A DNA stretch of 64,000 nt, taken from an uncultured virus (IMG/VR IMGVR_UViG_3300027906_000011). Its lineage: Duplodnaviria; Heunggongvirae; Uroviricota; Caudoviricetes. The position numbers and the translations under genes are program-made. The notes under the pieces are model-generated. The model saw nothing but the letters and a program-made list of their open reading frames with translations. It did no database searches and was not told the DNA's origin. The stretch's first letter is position 1, and each line of letters starts with the position of its first letter. Shown one piece after another: positions 20,009 to 29,810 of the stretch. Where the stretch lies: IMG/VR virus record IMGVR_UViG_3300027906_000011. One strand, 5' to 3'.

Positions 20009-20578
20009 TTATGCAACAACTGTAATTGTTCCAGCAGCTGTTCCGATTCCAGCAGAAGAAGTAATGGTTGCGTTTCCACCACCAACTGTATCTACTATTG
20101 TTGAACCACCTGCGTGGGCTACAGCATTTGCACCAAAACTTAATACATCATCTGCGTTTGTAGCGGCGTTAGCAGCTGCAATTGCCAATGAGAAAGTTAG
20201 TTGGTTAGTTCCTGAACCTGAAGCGTATACTAATACATGTGGACCTCTACCTGAACCACTACCTTGGTTACCATTGGTAACTGATAAAGTAGGTGAACCT
20301 GATACAGTCACAGCCTCGTTATAACTTACAGTTGCAGATAGTGTAAATCCAGCAGATTTATCTGCGGTTGTTGTTACCCAATCTATAGCTGAAATGTCAG
20401 CCTGTCCAATTCCTGTTGCCAGGCCTTGAGCTGCGACTAAAACTTCCTCTAGAGTTCTAGACCCTACAGTTCTTCTTAGCACCCAACCGGCTGCGCTTGC
20501 AAAAGTATTTGATTTATCTGTGTCTGACAACCACTTAGGTTTTGCTTCGTCAGCGTCTGATACTCCCCATAATGCCAT
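20009..20578 (-). CDS. Putative virion structural protein with an Ig-like domain
   Basis: MALWG..D..KPKWL, GWV, EVLVA; NEAVTVSGSPTL...YASGSGTNQLTF. Confidence 0.65.
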   Translation of the reverse strand: MALWGVSDADEAKPKWLSDTDKSNTFASAAGWVLRRTVGSRTLEEVLVAAQGLATGIGQADISAIDWVTTTADKSAGFTLSATVSYNEAVTVSGSPTLSVTNGNQGSGSGRGPHVLVYASGSGTNQLTFSLAIAAANAATNADDVLSFGANAVAHAGGSTIVDTVGGGNATITSSAGIGTAAGTITVVA

Positions 20579-20596
20579 TTTGATTTCCTCTCTTTT

Positions 20597-21172
20597 TTAA
20601 CTTGCAACTTTCAATATCGCCTTAAAGGTTTTATTGAAAGAATTTTTATCTTTTTGTAATAATTGTAAGTATTTAGTTCTTGCAGGCGCTCTAACTGACA
20701 TTAAAGCGTCATGAACCTTTACTGCATCATCCTTCTTTACATTGATTTTCTTCATGTCGTCTGTTCTGACCTCACCATCTTTGGTGTAATCTTTAAACTT
20801 ACGAAGTTGCATCAACATATTAGCATCAGGTCTGTTTTGCACACCCTTTGCCTTTGAGTTTAATGCATCTAAGGCCCTTTGAAGAACTTCATCTTCTTGT
20901 GCCTCAGAATACTTTCCCTTAGCCATCGTAGATATTTTATCTAGTTTAGCTTTTAAGTCTGTCTCGTTCTTTGACTGTGCCACAGCACGAGCGACTTTCT
21001 TATTGCCTGCATCAGACATCATTCCAAAGTCAGCAATCTTTTCCATTACTTGTTTAACTTTGGCTGTTTCTGCCTTGACATAGCCCAATTTCTTTATCTT
21101 CTCTTTGAAGACTTTAAATCTTGCGTCTGTAGTAAGTAGCTTTTCTACTGTTTCTCTTGTCGTCTTTTGCAT
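20597..21172 (-). CDS. Hypothetical Lys-rich protein, probably head-internal
   Basis: Composition and position in the late block. Confidence 0.45.
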   Translation of the reverse strand: MQKTTRETVEKLLTTDARFKVFKEKIKKLGYVKAETAKVKQVMEKIADFGMMSDAGNKKVARAVAQSKNETDLKAKLDKISTMAKGKYSEAQEDEVLQRALDALNSKAKGVQNRPDANMLMQLRKFKDYTKDGEVRTDDMKKINVKKDDAVKVHDALMSVRAPARTKYLQLLQKDKNSFNKTFKAILKVAS

Positions 21173-23727
21173 TACTTACTAAAACCTTTACTCAACATCT
21201 TATCTATTTGAGGTGTTGAAGTATCTTGTTCTGTTGGATCCCCATATGATGATTTGCCTATAACTACCATCATGAAATCGTGTATCTTTTTCTTTGTGCC
21301 TTTAACTCTTACATGTTTTCCCACCATAGAAACTTTAAGACCCATTCTCTTAGCGGCGTCATGAACTAACAATGCCTTAGCATTTTGGTCTGATGACTTT
21401 GAAATCTTATTCTGTTTATCTACAGTGATGTTTGCGACTTCTTCTTGCATCATATCTCTATATGTATCGAAGAAAGGTTTAGTCTGTTCTTCGCCTGCAA
21501 ATGTTGTTGTGTCTTCTTTTACTCTTAATGAGACTAGTTTATCTTTTTTCTTTGAAACAACTTTTCTCTGATTCTTCTTTAACTGACCTCTATACTTAGG
21601 AGATGTTCCCCTTTTCAGTTGACCTTGATAACCCTCTTCTTGTTGTTCTTTCTTTAGACCTGGTGCCTTTCTTGGTTTATTTCTACTACCATAATAGTCT
21701 GCAAGGAAGTTCTTAGCCATCTGTATAGTTATCTCATGGTCTCTTGCAAGTTCTTTTGCAGTTGCGCCCATTTGGATGTCTATTAATAAGTCACCCATTT
21801 TACTTTCTTTAATGCCTTTTGCTTTTCTGATATCAGCTTTAATGTCTTGAACTTTCATATTCTGGTTCTGAGCCATCTCTTCTTGTCTATCTGCTTTGTT
21901 ATCATAACCATCAGCAGCCCTATCATCTGGATTTCTTTCTCTGACTTTTTCTGCCTTATCTCTGTAATCCATGGCAGCATTATCGTGTCTTTCTCTTTGT
22001 TTTCTAGCAAATTCTAATTTTTTCTGTAATCCTTCTATTTTGCTTTCGCCTGCTTTCTTTTTCTTCCAATCTGCAACTCTGGCATCTTTATTAGAATCTG
22101 ATTGATGGTCTTGTCTAATGCCTACACTACCAATTGGTTGAGCTTCACTCATAAGTCTGTATGTATTCATTTCTGTAAGGTTTGTTTCTTCGTCATGAAT
22201 GACACTATCAGTCATCCAACCTTTCATAGGTCCCTTTTTAACAGTCATCTTCTTCATGATTGTTGATAATTTTTCTTTACCTAATCCACTCATAAATGAT
22301 TTGATGTTCTTTTTGTAGAGTTCTTTTTGTTTCTTGTAGTTTGATGTGTCTACTTTTGCATGGAACTTCTTAAGAATAGTTCTGTCTTTTGCACTTGCAG
22401 CCCATACATTTGGAAAGTCTTTACGAATGATTGAATCACTAACTTTACCTTCTGTAATGTCTACAGATTCGGTAACTTTCCAATCAAAAGCTTTTACAAA
22501 CTTAATTTTTGCAGGTCTGCCTTCGGCATTTTTAATTTTTGCTTTCATCACTGCCTTATGAAACTTTTTCAGGTTTTCTGGACTTCCCTCTACATCAATG
22601 GACATTTCTGCCATCACTTTGTTTTCATGTGCTTTATATTTCAACTTGAATTTTTTAGCAAGTGCTTCTACTGGTGAAAGGTCAGGCTGACCCTTGATGC
22701 GACTAAAAGGTACTTCATATACATTCAAAAGTTCTTTAACTTTATTGCCTGCATGGTTTGTGTATTGAGCTTCTGTAATTTCTTCAAACATTGCCCCAAT
22801 ATCTCCACCTGAGACATAATCTGGCAACATTTTATCTAACTGAACAGCGGTAACTGTTTTCATTTTCTTAACTTTGTTAGCAAAACCTTGCATTGATTTA
22901 CTCTTCATCATCATCTTAGCAACTTCTGCACCACTTTTTGGAGTCTTTGAAAATGCTTCGTCAATATCTTCTTCACGCAGTCTTGCGTTAGCATTCTTAA
23001 CAGCACGATTCATATTTTTACCAATTTTCTTCAAAGACATTTTCTTTTTCTCTGACATTACTCTCTTCATAACTAGAGAATGAAATGCATCGTCAGCCTT
23101 TACTTGATTCTTGATTTTCTTTTTGATTGCCATGTGTTCTGGCCCACCATCCATCTTCTTATAAAGGGCATCGAAGGCCTTCTTCTCTTTTGTGCTACTA
23201 GGCATTGGGTATTTGCCTTCGTTTTGAACATCATCAACAGATTCAATAGGTATTTGTTTATACCCTTGTTTCATATACTTCTTAATATCTTTATGTCCTT
23301 TGGGTAAAGTGATTCGGGACTCTCCACCTTTCTCTTTTTTCTGTAATCTTACGGCGCCGGCCTTTTTAAGTTTATCAGCGTGTGATTTGGCCATTTTCTT
23401 TTGACCCCAAAACTGACCTTCTTCTAGGTCATTTAGGTCATCTCTGAATGTTTCTTCGTTTGCATATTGCAATGCAGCTTTAACTTCTTTTGAGTTTCTT
23501 ATCTCACGACCATAAAACTTTTGAATTTCTTTACCTGCGATATCATATGCACCACCCATATCAAGTGCAACTTCTACTGCCTTCTTGATTTTTGGGTCAC
23601 TTACTTTATTTCTACGGAAGTATGCAGATACCTCACGACCAGTTAATTTGCCCTTGCCATAGGGTCCTAATGCATTAACCTTACCGTCTTTATCTAATAT
23701 CTTTTTTGCTTCGTGAAATAGATTCAT
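21172..23727 (-). CDS. Large modular charged protein, putative processed internal head protein
   Basis: 851 aa; basic modules separated by (I/L/V)-x-E linkers. Confidence 0.5.
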   Translation of the reverse strand: MNLFHEAKKILDKDGKVNALGPYGKGKLTGREVSAYFRRNKVSDPKIKKAVEVALDMGGAYDIAGKEIQKFYGREIRNSKEVKAALQYANEETFRDDLNDLEEGQFWGQKKMAKSHADKLKKAGAVRLQKKEKGGESRITLPKGHKDIKKYMKQGYKQIPIESVDDVQNEGKYPMPSSTKEKKAFDALYKKMDGGPEHMAIKKKIKNQVKADDAFHSLVMKRVMSEKKKMSLKKIGKNMNRAVKNANARLREEDIDEAFSKTPKSGAEVAKMMMKSKSMQGFANKVKKMKTVTAVQLDKMLPDYVSGGDIGAMFEEITEAQYTNHAGNKVKELLNVYEVPFSRIKGQPDLSPVEALAKKFKLKYKAHENKVMAEMSIDVEGSPENLKKFHKAVMKAKIKNAEGRPAKIKFVKAFDWKVTESVDITEGKVSDSIIRKDFPNVWAASAKDRTILKKFHAKVDTSNYKKQKELYKKNIKSFMSGLGKEKLSTIMKKMTVKKGPMKGWMTDSVIHDEETNLTEMNTYRLMSEAQPIGSVGIRQDHQSDSNKDARVADWKKKKAGESKIEGLQKKLEFARKQRERHDNAAMDYRDKAEKVRERNPDDRAADGYDNKADRQEEMAQNQNMKVQDIKADIRKAKGIKESKMGDLLIDIQMGATAKELARDHEITIQMAKNFLADYYGSRNKPRKAPGLKKEQQEEGYQGQLKRGTSPKYRGQLKKNQRKVVSKKKDKLVSLRVKEDTTTFAGEEQTKPFFDTYRDMMQEEVANITVDKQNKISKSSDQNAKALLVHDAAKRMGLKVSMVGKHVRVKGTKKKIHDFMMVVIGKSSYGDPTEQDTSTPQIDKMLSKGFSK

Positions 23728-23728
23728 G

Positions 23729-24676
23729 TTATGCTCCGTATGGTGATAATATTGCGCTTACAGCTTCGTCTGAGTGTTTTCTCATGATAGAGTATATTGA
23801 ATCTCTTACCATAGTGTCCATTTTACCCCATACTGGATCAAATTTCTTTAATGCCTGATTTGATATATGTTTTGGTTCGCCGTCACCATCTTGGACGACA
23901 TCAACACCCTTCTTGAAAAAATCATGAACCCATTTAACTTCTTTATCGTTCATTCCTTTTTCTGACTTCTCTAATTTTTTAAGGTCTTTAAGAATCTTAG
24001 TGTCAATCTTTAATTTAGATTTTGTCATTTCTGCAATCTCTTCTCTCTCGACTGGTTTTTCTGTTAGATTCTTATCCATACCAAACTGTTCGTTGTAAGG
24101 AAACCCTTGTAATGGATTGTCAAATACCATAGCGAAATGTGCTTTGACTTGTTCTTTCTTTTTCTTTTCTGAGATTTCAATGAACTCATTTACATCTTTA
24201 AGATAAGATGTTTCTATTTCGCCTGGTGTATCTGCCTGATATGATGCAAGTATGTCATCACTACCTATTTCTAAAACACCATCGTCTGTCTTGTTGCCAA
24301 CTTGTTCTGCATACATAGATTTGAACGAAGCAGAGTTTAATGATTGAGTTGTCTTAAATGCTGGTGATAAATCTACATCTTTATAATTTTTAGATTTCTG
24401 ATTAGCAACAACAGTTAATCTAATTGCTCTTTCATCTTTGGGATCATCTTCCCAAGTAAGCCAATGAGAATAAACATCTATTGTTGCTTTTGTAGTAAAT
24501 CTTTTTGCATCTACTGTTTTTTGATGTTTCCATCCATTCTGTTTACATAGAAGTTCAATTGCCTTTATAGATTTATCAGCATCTCCCTTATCTAAATAGA
24601 CTTCAAAATCTACTAAGTTTTTACCTGATGCAACACTTTGACTGAATTTTTCTTGTATCTCTTTGAATGTTTCCAT
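23729..24676 (-). CDS. Putative internal head protein
   Basis: METFKEIQE N-terminus; LEIGSD...YQADTPGE. Confidence 0.5.
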   Translation of the reverse strand: METFKEIQEKFSQSVASGKNLVDFEVYLDKGDADKSIKAIELLCKQNGWKHQKTVDAKRFTTKATIDVYSHWLTWEDDPKDERAIRLTVVANQKSKNYKDVDLSPAFKTTQSLNSASFKSMYAEQVGNKTDDGVLEIGSDDILASYQADTPGEIETSYLKDVNEFIEISEKKKKEQVKAHFAMVFDNPLQGFPYNEQFGMDKNLTEKPVEREEIAEMTKSKLKIDTKILKDLKKLEKSEKGMNDKEVKWVHDFFKKGVDVVQDGDGEPKHISNQALKKFDPVWGKMDTMVRDSIYSIMRKHSDEAVSAILSPYGA

Positions 24677-24678
24677 TA

Positions 24679-25206
24679 TTAGTCCTCTTGTTCTGGAAGG
24701 TAATGTATAAGTAAGTCTTCTAAAGTTTCTTCTGTTATACCTAGATGTTGTCTTTCTTTTTTGATTTCTTTGTTGATTGCAGTCATGTCTGCACCTTTAG
24801 GCATTTTTTGTTTCTTAAGAAGTAGGTTTGAATACTTAAGGTATTTACCACCTTTACCAGTTTTTAGAAGTTTCTTTTCATCTTCTTCTTCATCATCATC
24901 TTTCTTAGGAAGTTCTTCATCATCTTCTTCTTTAACAGTCTCTTCGTCTTGTGCTACTGCCTTAGATATTGCCTTTCTTTTCTTGTGTAAGAATTCATCT
25001 GAGTCATCAGTATCGCCATCGTTATCAATGTCTTTGTCTTTTCTGTCTTTGAATTTTTTCTTGACTGCCTTAGGTTGAACTTTATCTAGACCTTCACCAT
25101 CGTCTGATTTGTCGTTGGTGTTATCTTCAACGACTTCAACAGTTCCGCCTTCTAGAATTGTTTTCATGTCGTCTATTAGTTTTTGAGATAACTCTTGTAT
25201 ACTCAT
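24679..25206 (-). CDS. Highly charged putative head-internal protein
   Basis: DKDIDNDGDTDDSDEFLHKKRKAISKA motif. Confidence 0.55.
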   Translation of the reverse strand: MSIQELSQKLIDDMKTILEGGTVEVVEDNTNDKSDDGEGLDKVQPKAVKKKFKDRKDKDIDNDGDTDDSDEFLHKKRKAISKAVAQDEETVKEEDDEELPKKDDDEEEDEKKLLKTGKGGKYLKYSNLLLKKQKMPKGADMTAINKEIKKERQHLGITEETLEDLLIHYLPEQED

Positions 25207-25598
25207 TTGATTTCCCCATTTTCGAAGTAGTTAAACATCTTCTGTTTACCTTGTTCGTTTAATCTTAGTGACTTGGCAAGTCTACCAAGCATGTTGCGTT
25301 CAGTTAGTTTTTCGATGGATTTTTCTACTGACTGATTTTCTTCAGCGAGTTCTGCCTCTACTTGGTTGAGTTCTGCCTGTAGTCTATCTCTTTTTTCTTC
25401 GAGTGACTCCAGATTCTCCTCTTGGCTCTCTGTCTGTTCTTCAAATTCCTTCTTAAGCAACTCTTCGATTTCATCTAATTCGTGTTGTTCCTCCACTGGA
25501 ACTGGTTCTTTAGTTTCTTCGGTGACAGCAAGAGTAGGTTTATTAAACCCTCTAACTTCTTCTAATTTATCTTTCCAAGTCTGTTGTTGTTTATCCAT
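25203..25598 (-). CDS. Acidic coiled-coil hypothetical protein
   Basis: Glu-rich ORF; TATAAATA upstream. Confidence 0.5.
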   Translation of the reverse strand: MDKQQQTWKDKLEEVRGFNKPTLAVTEETKEPVPVEEQHELDEIEELLKKEFEEQTESQEENLESLEEKRDRLQAELNQVEAELAEENQSVEKSIEKLTERNMLGRLAKSLRLNEQGKQKMFNYFENGEIK

Positions 25599-25654
25599 GA
25601 TATAGTTATTTATATGTTCCTTATCCTTGTGCAGTAATATTTAGTTAGTAGAAA

Positions 25655-26083
25655 TTACTTCTTTTTAACTGGTACTGCGTTCTTGTTAGACTTTTCTATG
25701 GGTTTCTTCTTACCTTTCATCATTTCCTTTTGTCTAACGACTTTTAACATCCTCTTAGCGAGTTTAGATATCTTAGATGCCTTCTTATCAAGTATCTTTT
25801 CTAACGCTCTCTTTTGACCCATACCCAAATCTGCCTTACTCTTACCCTTAAGTATTCTCTTAGCAATCTTATTTCTTGCCTGTTTTCTGGCCCTCTTCAT
25901 GAGTTTCTTCGGGTCTAAAATCTTTCTTTTAGCTGCTTTCTTTCTAGCAAATGCAATCTTAGCACGGTTCTTACGCATTGCTCTTCGTTTTTTCATACGA
26001 GTCTGAATAGAATCGACTTCATTAATGAGTTCGTTCTCTATTTCATCTTCGAATATTTCTGCGAATGTCTTAAGTTCGTTCAT
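25655..26083 (-). CDS. Basic prohead-core-like protein
   Basis: LKTFAEIFE...LINE followed by a very Lys/Arg-rich body. Confidence 0.5.
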   Translation of the reverse strand: MNELKTFAEIFEDEIENELINEVDSIQTRMKKRRAMRKNRAKIAFARKKAAKRKILDPKKLMKRARKQARNKIAKRILKGKSKADLGMGQKRALEKILDKKASKISKLAKRMLKVVRQKEMMKGKKKPIEKSNKNAVPVKKK

Positions 26084-26340
26084 TTTTTACCTTTCTTTGA
26101 TAAGTAAGCGGCAATAGCCATTTTCTGTATCTTCTTGTCTGATTTACCCTTAAACTGAGGTGCATCTGACTTTCTGAAATCATCTACATAATCACCTGCA
26201 TCGGCGTTTGGACCCAATTCTTCTTTCTTTTGTTTCTTAAAACTCTTCCAGAAATCCTTTCTGACTGTTCTAGATAGTTTACCTCTACCTTCCCAATCTG
26301 AATTTTTGGGACTCATTCTGTATTCTTTGAATGATTTCAT
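26080..26340 (-). CDS. Putative internal head protein
   Basis: MKSFKEY start; DFRKSDAPQFKGKS..MAIAAY module. Confidence 0.55.
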   Translation of the reverse strand: MKSFKEYRMSPKNSDWEGRGKLSRTVRKDFWKSFKKQKKEELGPNADAGDYVDDFRKSDAPQFKGKSDKKIQKMAIAAYLSKKGKK

Positions 26341-26344
26341 ATTA

Positions 26345-27634
26345 CTATTTATGTTTCTTTGATAATAATTGTCTCTGTTTCCAGAGCAATGCAGCTTTTG
26401 AGGTAGGGAAAGATGATGACCAAGTCATCAATTTTGCATATAAAGAGTTTGTTTTCTTCTCTAATGACAACAAATCATCGTCATTTGTTATCTGAGCAAA
26501 GTCTTTCTTGAAGATACTCTTCATTGCTACAATGTTCTTTTCTGATTTATCCCAATCACTCTTAACTATTTCAGCTGGTAATTTTCTCGCCCTTTCAGCG
26601 TTTCTTTTCTGTGCATTATCTAATGAGGCAGAAACATAAATCATTTTACAGTCATATCCTAACAAGTCTAATTGTCTCTTATATGCCCTTATCTTCCCTT
26701 TATCAGCACTAGTTGTATCGAAGATGAGACCAAGTCTACCCTCTAAATATCTATCTAAAATTCTTGCAGTCATTCTCTTAGATTTCTTTCTTATGGGGTC
26801 TCTGACAGCAGCGGGCACAGTTTTTAAATCTAATGTTTGGCCTGCCTTCTTAAGACCTGCTTCAAATGATTTATCTGTATTGACTGTCTTTAAACCCAAT
26901 GCGTTGAGTGCCAATTGTTTGACGACTGTTGATTTACCAGAACCTGGACCACCCATTAAGAAAACTGCCTTGAAGATACCTGGATCGTATACACCTTCTT
27001 GTATCAAGTCTTCTATCATGTATTCAGGTAGATTACCTTCCATGATTCCCATACCCTTACGAACATCTCTGTATAGTTTAGGTGCGGCTTTCTTATCTGG
27101 TGCACCACCCTTAAATGCATCGAAGTCTCCTCTTTCAGCAGCAGCACGCATTTTACTTGCACTCATACCTGATACATCATCTGAATCGGGGTCTCTTTCT
27201 CCTGCACTGACTATCTGTATGTCATCAAATTTATAGTGACCATGTCTTCCATATGACCCATTATATTTCTTAATCAATGCATCAAAATCTCTAACTCTAT
27301 CTGAACCAACGACCATAACTATCTTTTTATATCCTTGGTCATATAATGCAACACATATATCAAATATTGTTCTGGCTGCAACATCTGGTATTCCTGCCTT
27401 TTTTCCAAAGAACTTTCTGAGATACCAAACCTTTTGTTTGTGTGTTAAAGGGTTATTCTTTTTATCATTTGAATGTGAGGTGAACACCATAGGATCACCT
27501 TGGACTTGTTTAGCAATTCTAAAAATTCTATCTACTAGTTTTGCGTGTCCTGTTGTTGGTGGATTGAAACGACCAAAAGAAAACACTGCCGGTTTATTCT
27601 TGGCTTCTGATATAAATCTCTTTAATGTTTTCAT
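26345..27634 (-). CDS. Cytidylyltransferase/NMNAT-like nucleotidyltransferase fused to a P-loop (zeta/AAA_33-like) kinase
   Basis: GRFNPPTTGH, VVGSDR, MSASKMR; GGPGSGKS, LIFDTT, RNAERAR. Confidence 0.8.
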   Translation of the reverse strand: MKTLKRFISEAKNKPAVFSFGRFNPPTTGHAKLVDRIFRIAKQVQGDPMVFTSHSNDKKNNPLTHKQKVWYLRKFFGKKAGIPDVAARTIFDICVALYDQGYKKIVMVVGSDRVRDFDALIKKYNGSYGRHGHYKFDDIQIVSAGERDPDSDDVSGMSASKMRAAAERGDFDAFKGGAPDKKAAPKLYRDVRKGMGIMEGNLPEYMIEDLIQEGVYDPGIFKAVFLMGGPGSGKSTVVKQLALNALGLKTVNTDKSFEAGLKKAGQTLDLKTVPAAVRDPIRKKSKRMTARILDRYLEGRLGLIFDTTSADKGKIRAYKRQLDLLGYDCKMIYVSASLDNAQKRNAERARKLPAEIVKSDWDKSEKNIVAMKSIFKKDFAQITNDDDLLSLEKKTNSLYAKLMTWSSSFPTSKAALLWKQRQLLSKKHK

Positions 27635-27852
27635 AGTTGTTTTACACCTTGAATATAGTTCTCAGCGGCATCTTCGGCATATGATTCTGAATGACCCTCA
27701 TACAATTCTGTCTTTACGAGTTCATTACCCATGTAATAATTACAACCCCATACACCATTATCGTTGAAGACTATTGCCTTCTTATCTTGTCCCATATATT
27801 CACTAATTAGTTGTGTCATGATAATGCCCATATTGTTGAGATGACTACACAT
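27631..27852 (-). CDS. Hypothetical protein
   Basis: HSESYAEDAAENY; true start may be MTQLIS. Confidence 0.5.
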   Translation of the reverse strand: MCSHLNNMGIIMTQLISEYMGQDKKAIVFNDNGVWGCNYYMGNELVKTELYEGHSESYAEDAAENYIQGVKQL

Positions 27853-27877
27853 AATACTAATATTTGTTCTACTGTCA

Positions 27878-29083
27878 TCATTTGTCCCAATTCTTCGCCA
27901 CTGTGAAATTATTTAGTGAGAACTCCATTCTATCTACTAACTTAACTGCCTTACCTGAGTCATCGATTGCGACATATCCTTCTGGATTCACTGTTTCAAA
28001 ACCTGTAGAAGTCTTCTTGAATGTTCCAATACCCTTTACAGTATTTAAACCTTTAATGACTATATCTTTTGCATTTACCATGTTAGTTTGAAATGTTGTT
28101 AATGCAGTTATCAACACCTTTAGGCCAACTAGTTCTCTTCTTAGTTGCACACCCATTTCTTCTTTCATTTTCTTTGTCTTTTCCATTTTAACTTTACCAA
28201 CTACTTTATCTCTCCAATAATCATCGAAGTGTTTTATGTAATCGTTATAAGTTAGGTTGAATTTACCCTTTCTAATTTGTGCGTTCATGTATGTCTTGTA
28301 TGTTGCACCTGCACCTTTAGATTGTATTGCCTTTTGAACTTTCATGAACTTAGTCAATGAAGCTTTCTTAATCTTATGAAATGATTTACCTGTTTCTGAT
28401 AATGCCTTAGTTAATACGACTGTATCTTTTGCAGTCATCTTTGAATTACCTGCAACACTCTTATACGATGCATCGTCAACCCAAACATCTTTACTATGTC
28501 CTAAAGTAGATATGTCTGCACCAAATGATGCACCAAGGTCTTCTATTGTTGAACCCTCATAGGTGGTGTGAAAAACTATACCATATTTTGCGGTGGCTAT
28601 AGCTTCGCCTAAGTCTGATTCGATATCAGCGGCATATAAGATTGTGTTTGGTTGAAATGTGACATAGTTCACACCATCTATCTCTTCCATTTCCTTATCT
28701 GCATCAGTGAACATCAAGTCACCTTGTAAGATTTTATTCCATGAAAGTTTAGATAGATACTTGAATGACTCTATGAACTTCTTCTCTAAGTCACCAGATA
28801 GTTCTGATGCATCTTTGATTTGTTGTTCAGATGTGTAGTGTAATTGGTCTTTAGTGAATAGTGATTTCTTTGCAACAAAGAATTGACCTGTTTCTGGATG
28901 TTTTCCTGCCCAAATTGCTGGGGCACCATCCCATTTGACTGTCATGTTGACACCTTTCTTTGAGGTGCCTTTCATCATATCTCTGAGAGAACGAAGAAAG
29001 TTTATAGCAGCACGACCACCATCAATACCATTGTTGATAATTTCGTCTTCTAAATGTTCTAAATGTAAGTTCTTGACTGCCAT
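27878..29083 (-). CDS. DUF6267-like conserved T4-like protein with ligase-type motifs
   Basis: HLEHLED, TVKWDGAPA, LQGDLMF, FQPNTI, PEGYV, VKLVDR.EFS. Confidence 0.75.
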   Translation of the reverse strand: MAVKNLHLEHLEDEIINNGIDGGRAAINFLRSLRDMMKGTSKKGVNMTVKWDGAPAIWAGKHPETGQFFVAKKSLFTKDQLHYTSEQQIKDASELSGDLEKKFIESFKYLSKLSWNKILQGDLMFTDADKEMEEIDGVNYVTFQPNTILYAADIESDLGEAIATAKYGIVFHTTYEGSTIEDLGASFGADISTLGHSKDVWVDDASYKSVAGNSKMTAKDTVVLTKALSETGKSFHKIKKASLTKFMKVQKAIQSKGAGATYKTYMNAQIRKGKFNLTYNDYIKHFDDYWRDKVVGKVKMEKTKKMKEEMGVQLRRELVGLKVLITALTTFQTNMVNAKDIVIKGLNTVKGIGTFKKTSTGFETVNPEGYVAIDDSGKAVKLVDRMEFSLNNFTVAKNWDK

Positions 29084-29134
29084 ATTCTAGTATCACTTTT
29101 CTCTTAAGGTTCGTGTAATACTAGTATTTATATG

Positions 29135-29593
29135 TTATGATAAGTCGAGGCCGGAAACATATGTTGTTCCGTCAGCTGCGAATTGAGTAGTAGTTGAACC
29201 ACCATTGTCAATAATTTTCTGTATGTGTGCAAGGTCAGCAGTTATATTTGTCACTGAGGTGTTAAATGCAGTTCTATCAGCTGCAATTGCATCGGTAGAC
29301 ATCGCATCAATATCTTGCCAAAAATCAAACATATTACCACTTGTCACTGATGAATTATTACTTCTCCAGTCTGCAACAGCGGCCTTAGCACCACCTGTTC
29401 CTGTGTAAGTATGCACTACAGAGGCATCGGTAATTGAATCAGTTTGGCCATCATCGATATAAACACCATGAGCTGATGATTCTTTAATCACAATAGTCTC
29501 AGAACCCAATGAAGGATTCAGTAAATCGCTTTGTTTTTGTTTTTTAGCTTGTAAAAGAAGTAGTCTTGCCTTCTCGTCATCGTAATGTCCCAT
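29135..29593 (-). CDS. Hypothetical protein, probably virion
   Basis: Strong AAGGAG RBS; late-type ACTAAATA upstream. Confidence 0.5.
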   Translation of the reverse strand: MGHYDDEKARLLLLQAKKQKQSDLLNPSLGSETIVIKESSAHGVYIDDGQTDSITDASVVHTYTGTGGAKAAVADWRSNNSSVTSGNMFDFWQDIDAMSTDAIAADRTAFNTSVTNITADLAHIQKIIDNGGSTTTQFAADGTTYVSGLDLS

Positions 29594-29621
29594 AGAAATC
29601 TCCTTTGTTCCTATGGACTAT

Positions 29622-29804
29622 TTAGTTTTTTGCGAGCGGTCTGGAGTGTAATTTTGTCTCTAATTGTTCAATTTTTAGAGCAATAAGGTCCGCTTTTCGG
29701 TCCTCGCCATTCTTTCTAAACTCTTTTAAGTCCTTTTTAAGAGCAACTTTCATAGAAATGATGTTAATTACTTCGTCTGGTTTCAGGTTCTTTGTTGCGT
29801 TCAT
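29622..29804 (-). CDS. Hypothetical protein
   Basis: Short helical ORF in operon orientation. Confidence 0.4.
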   Translation of the reverse strand: MNATKNLKPDEVINIISMKVALKKDLKEFRKNGEDRKADLIALKIEQLETKLHSRPLAKN

Positions 29805-29810
29805 CGTTCA

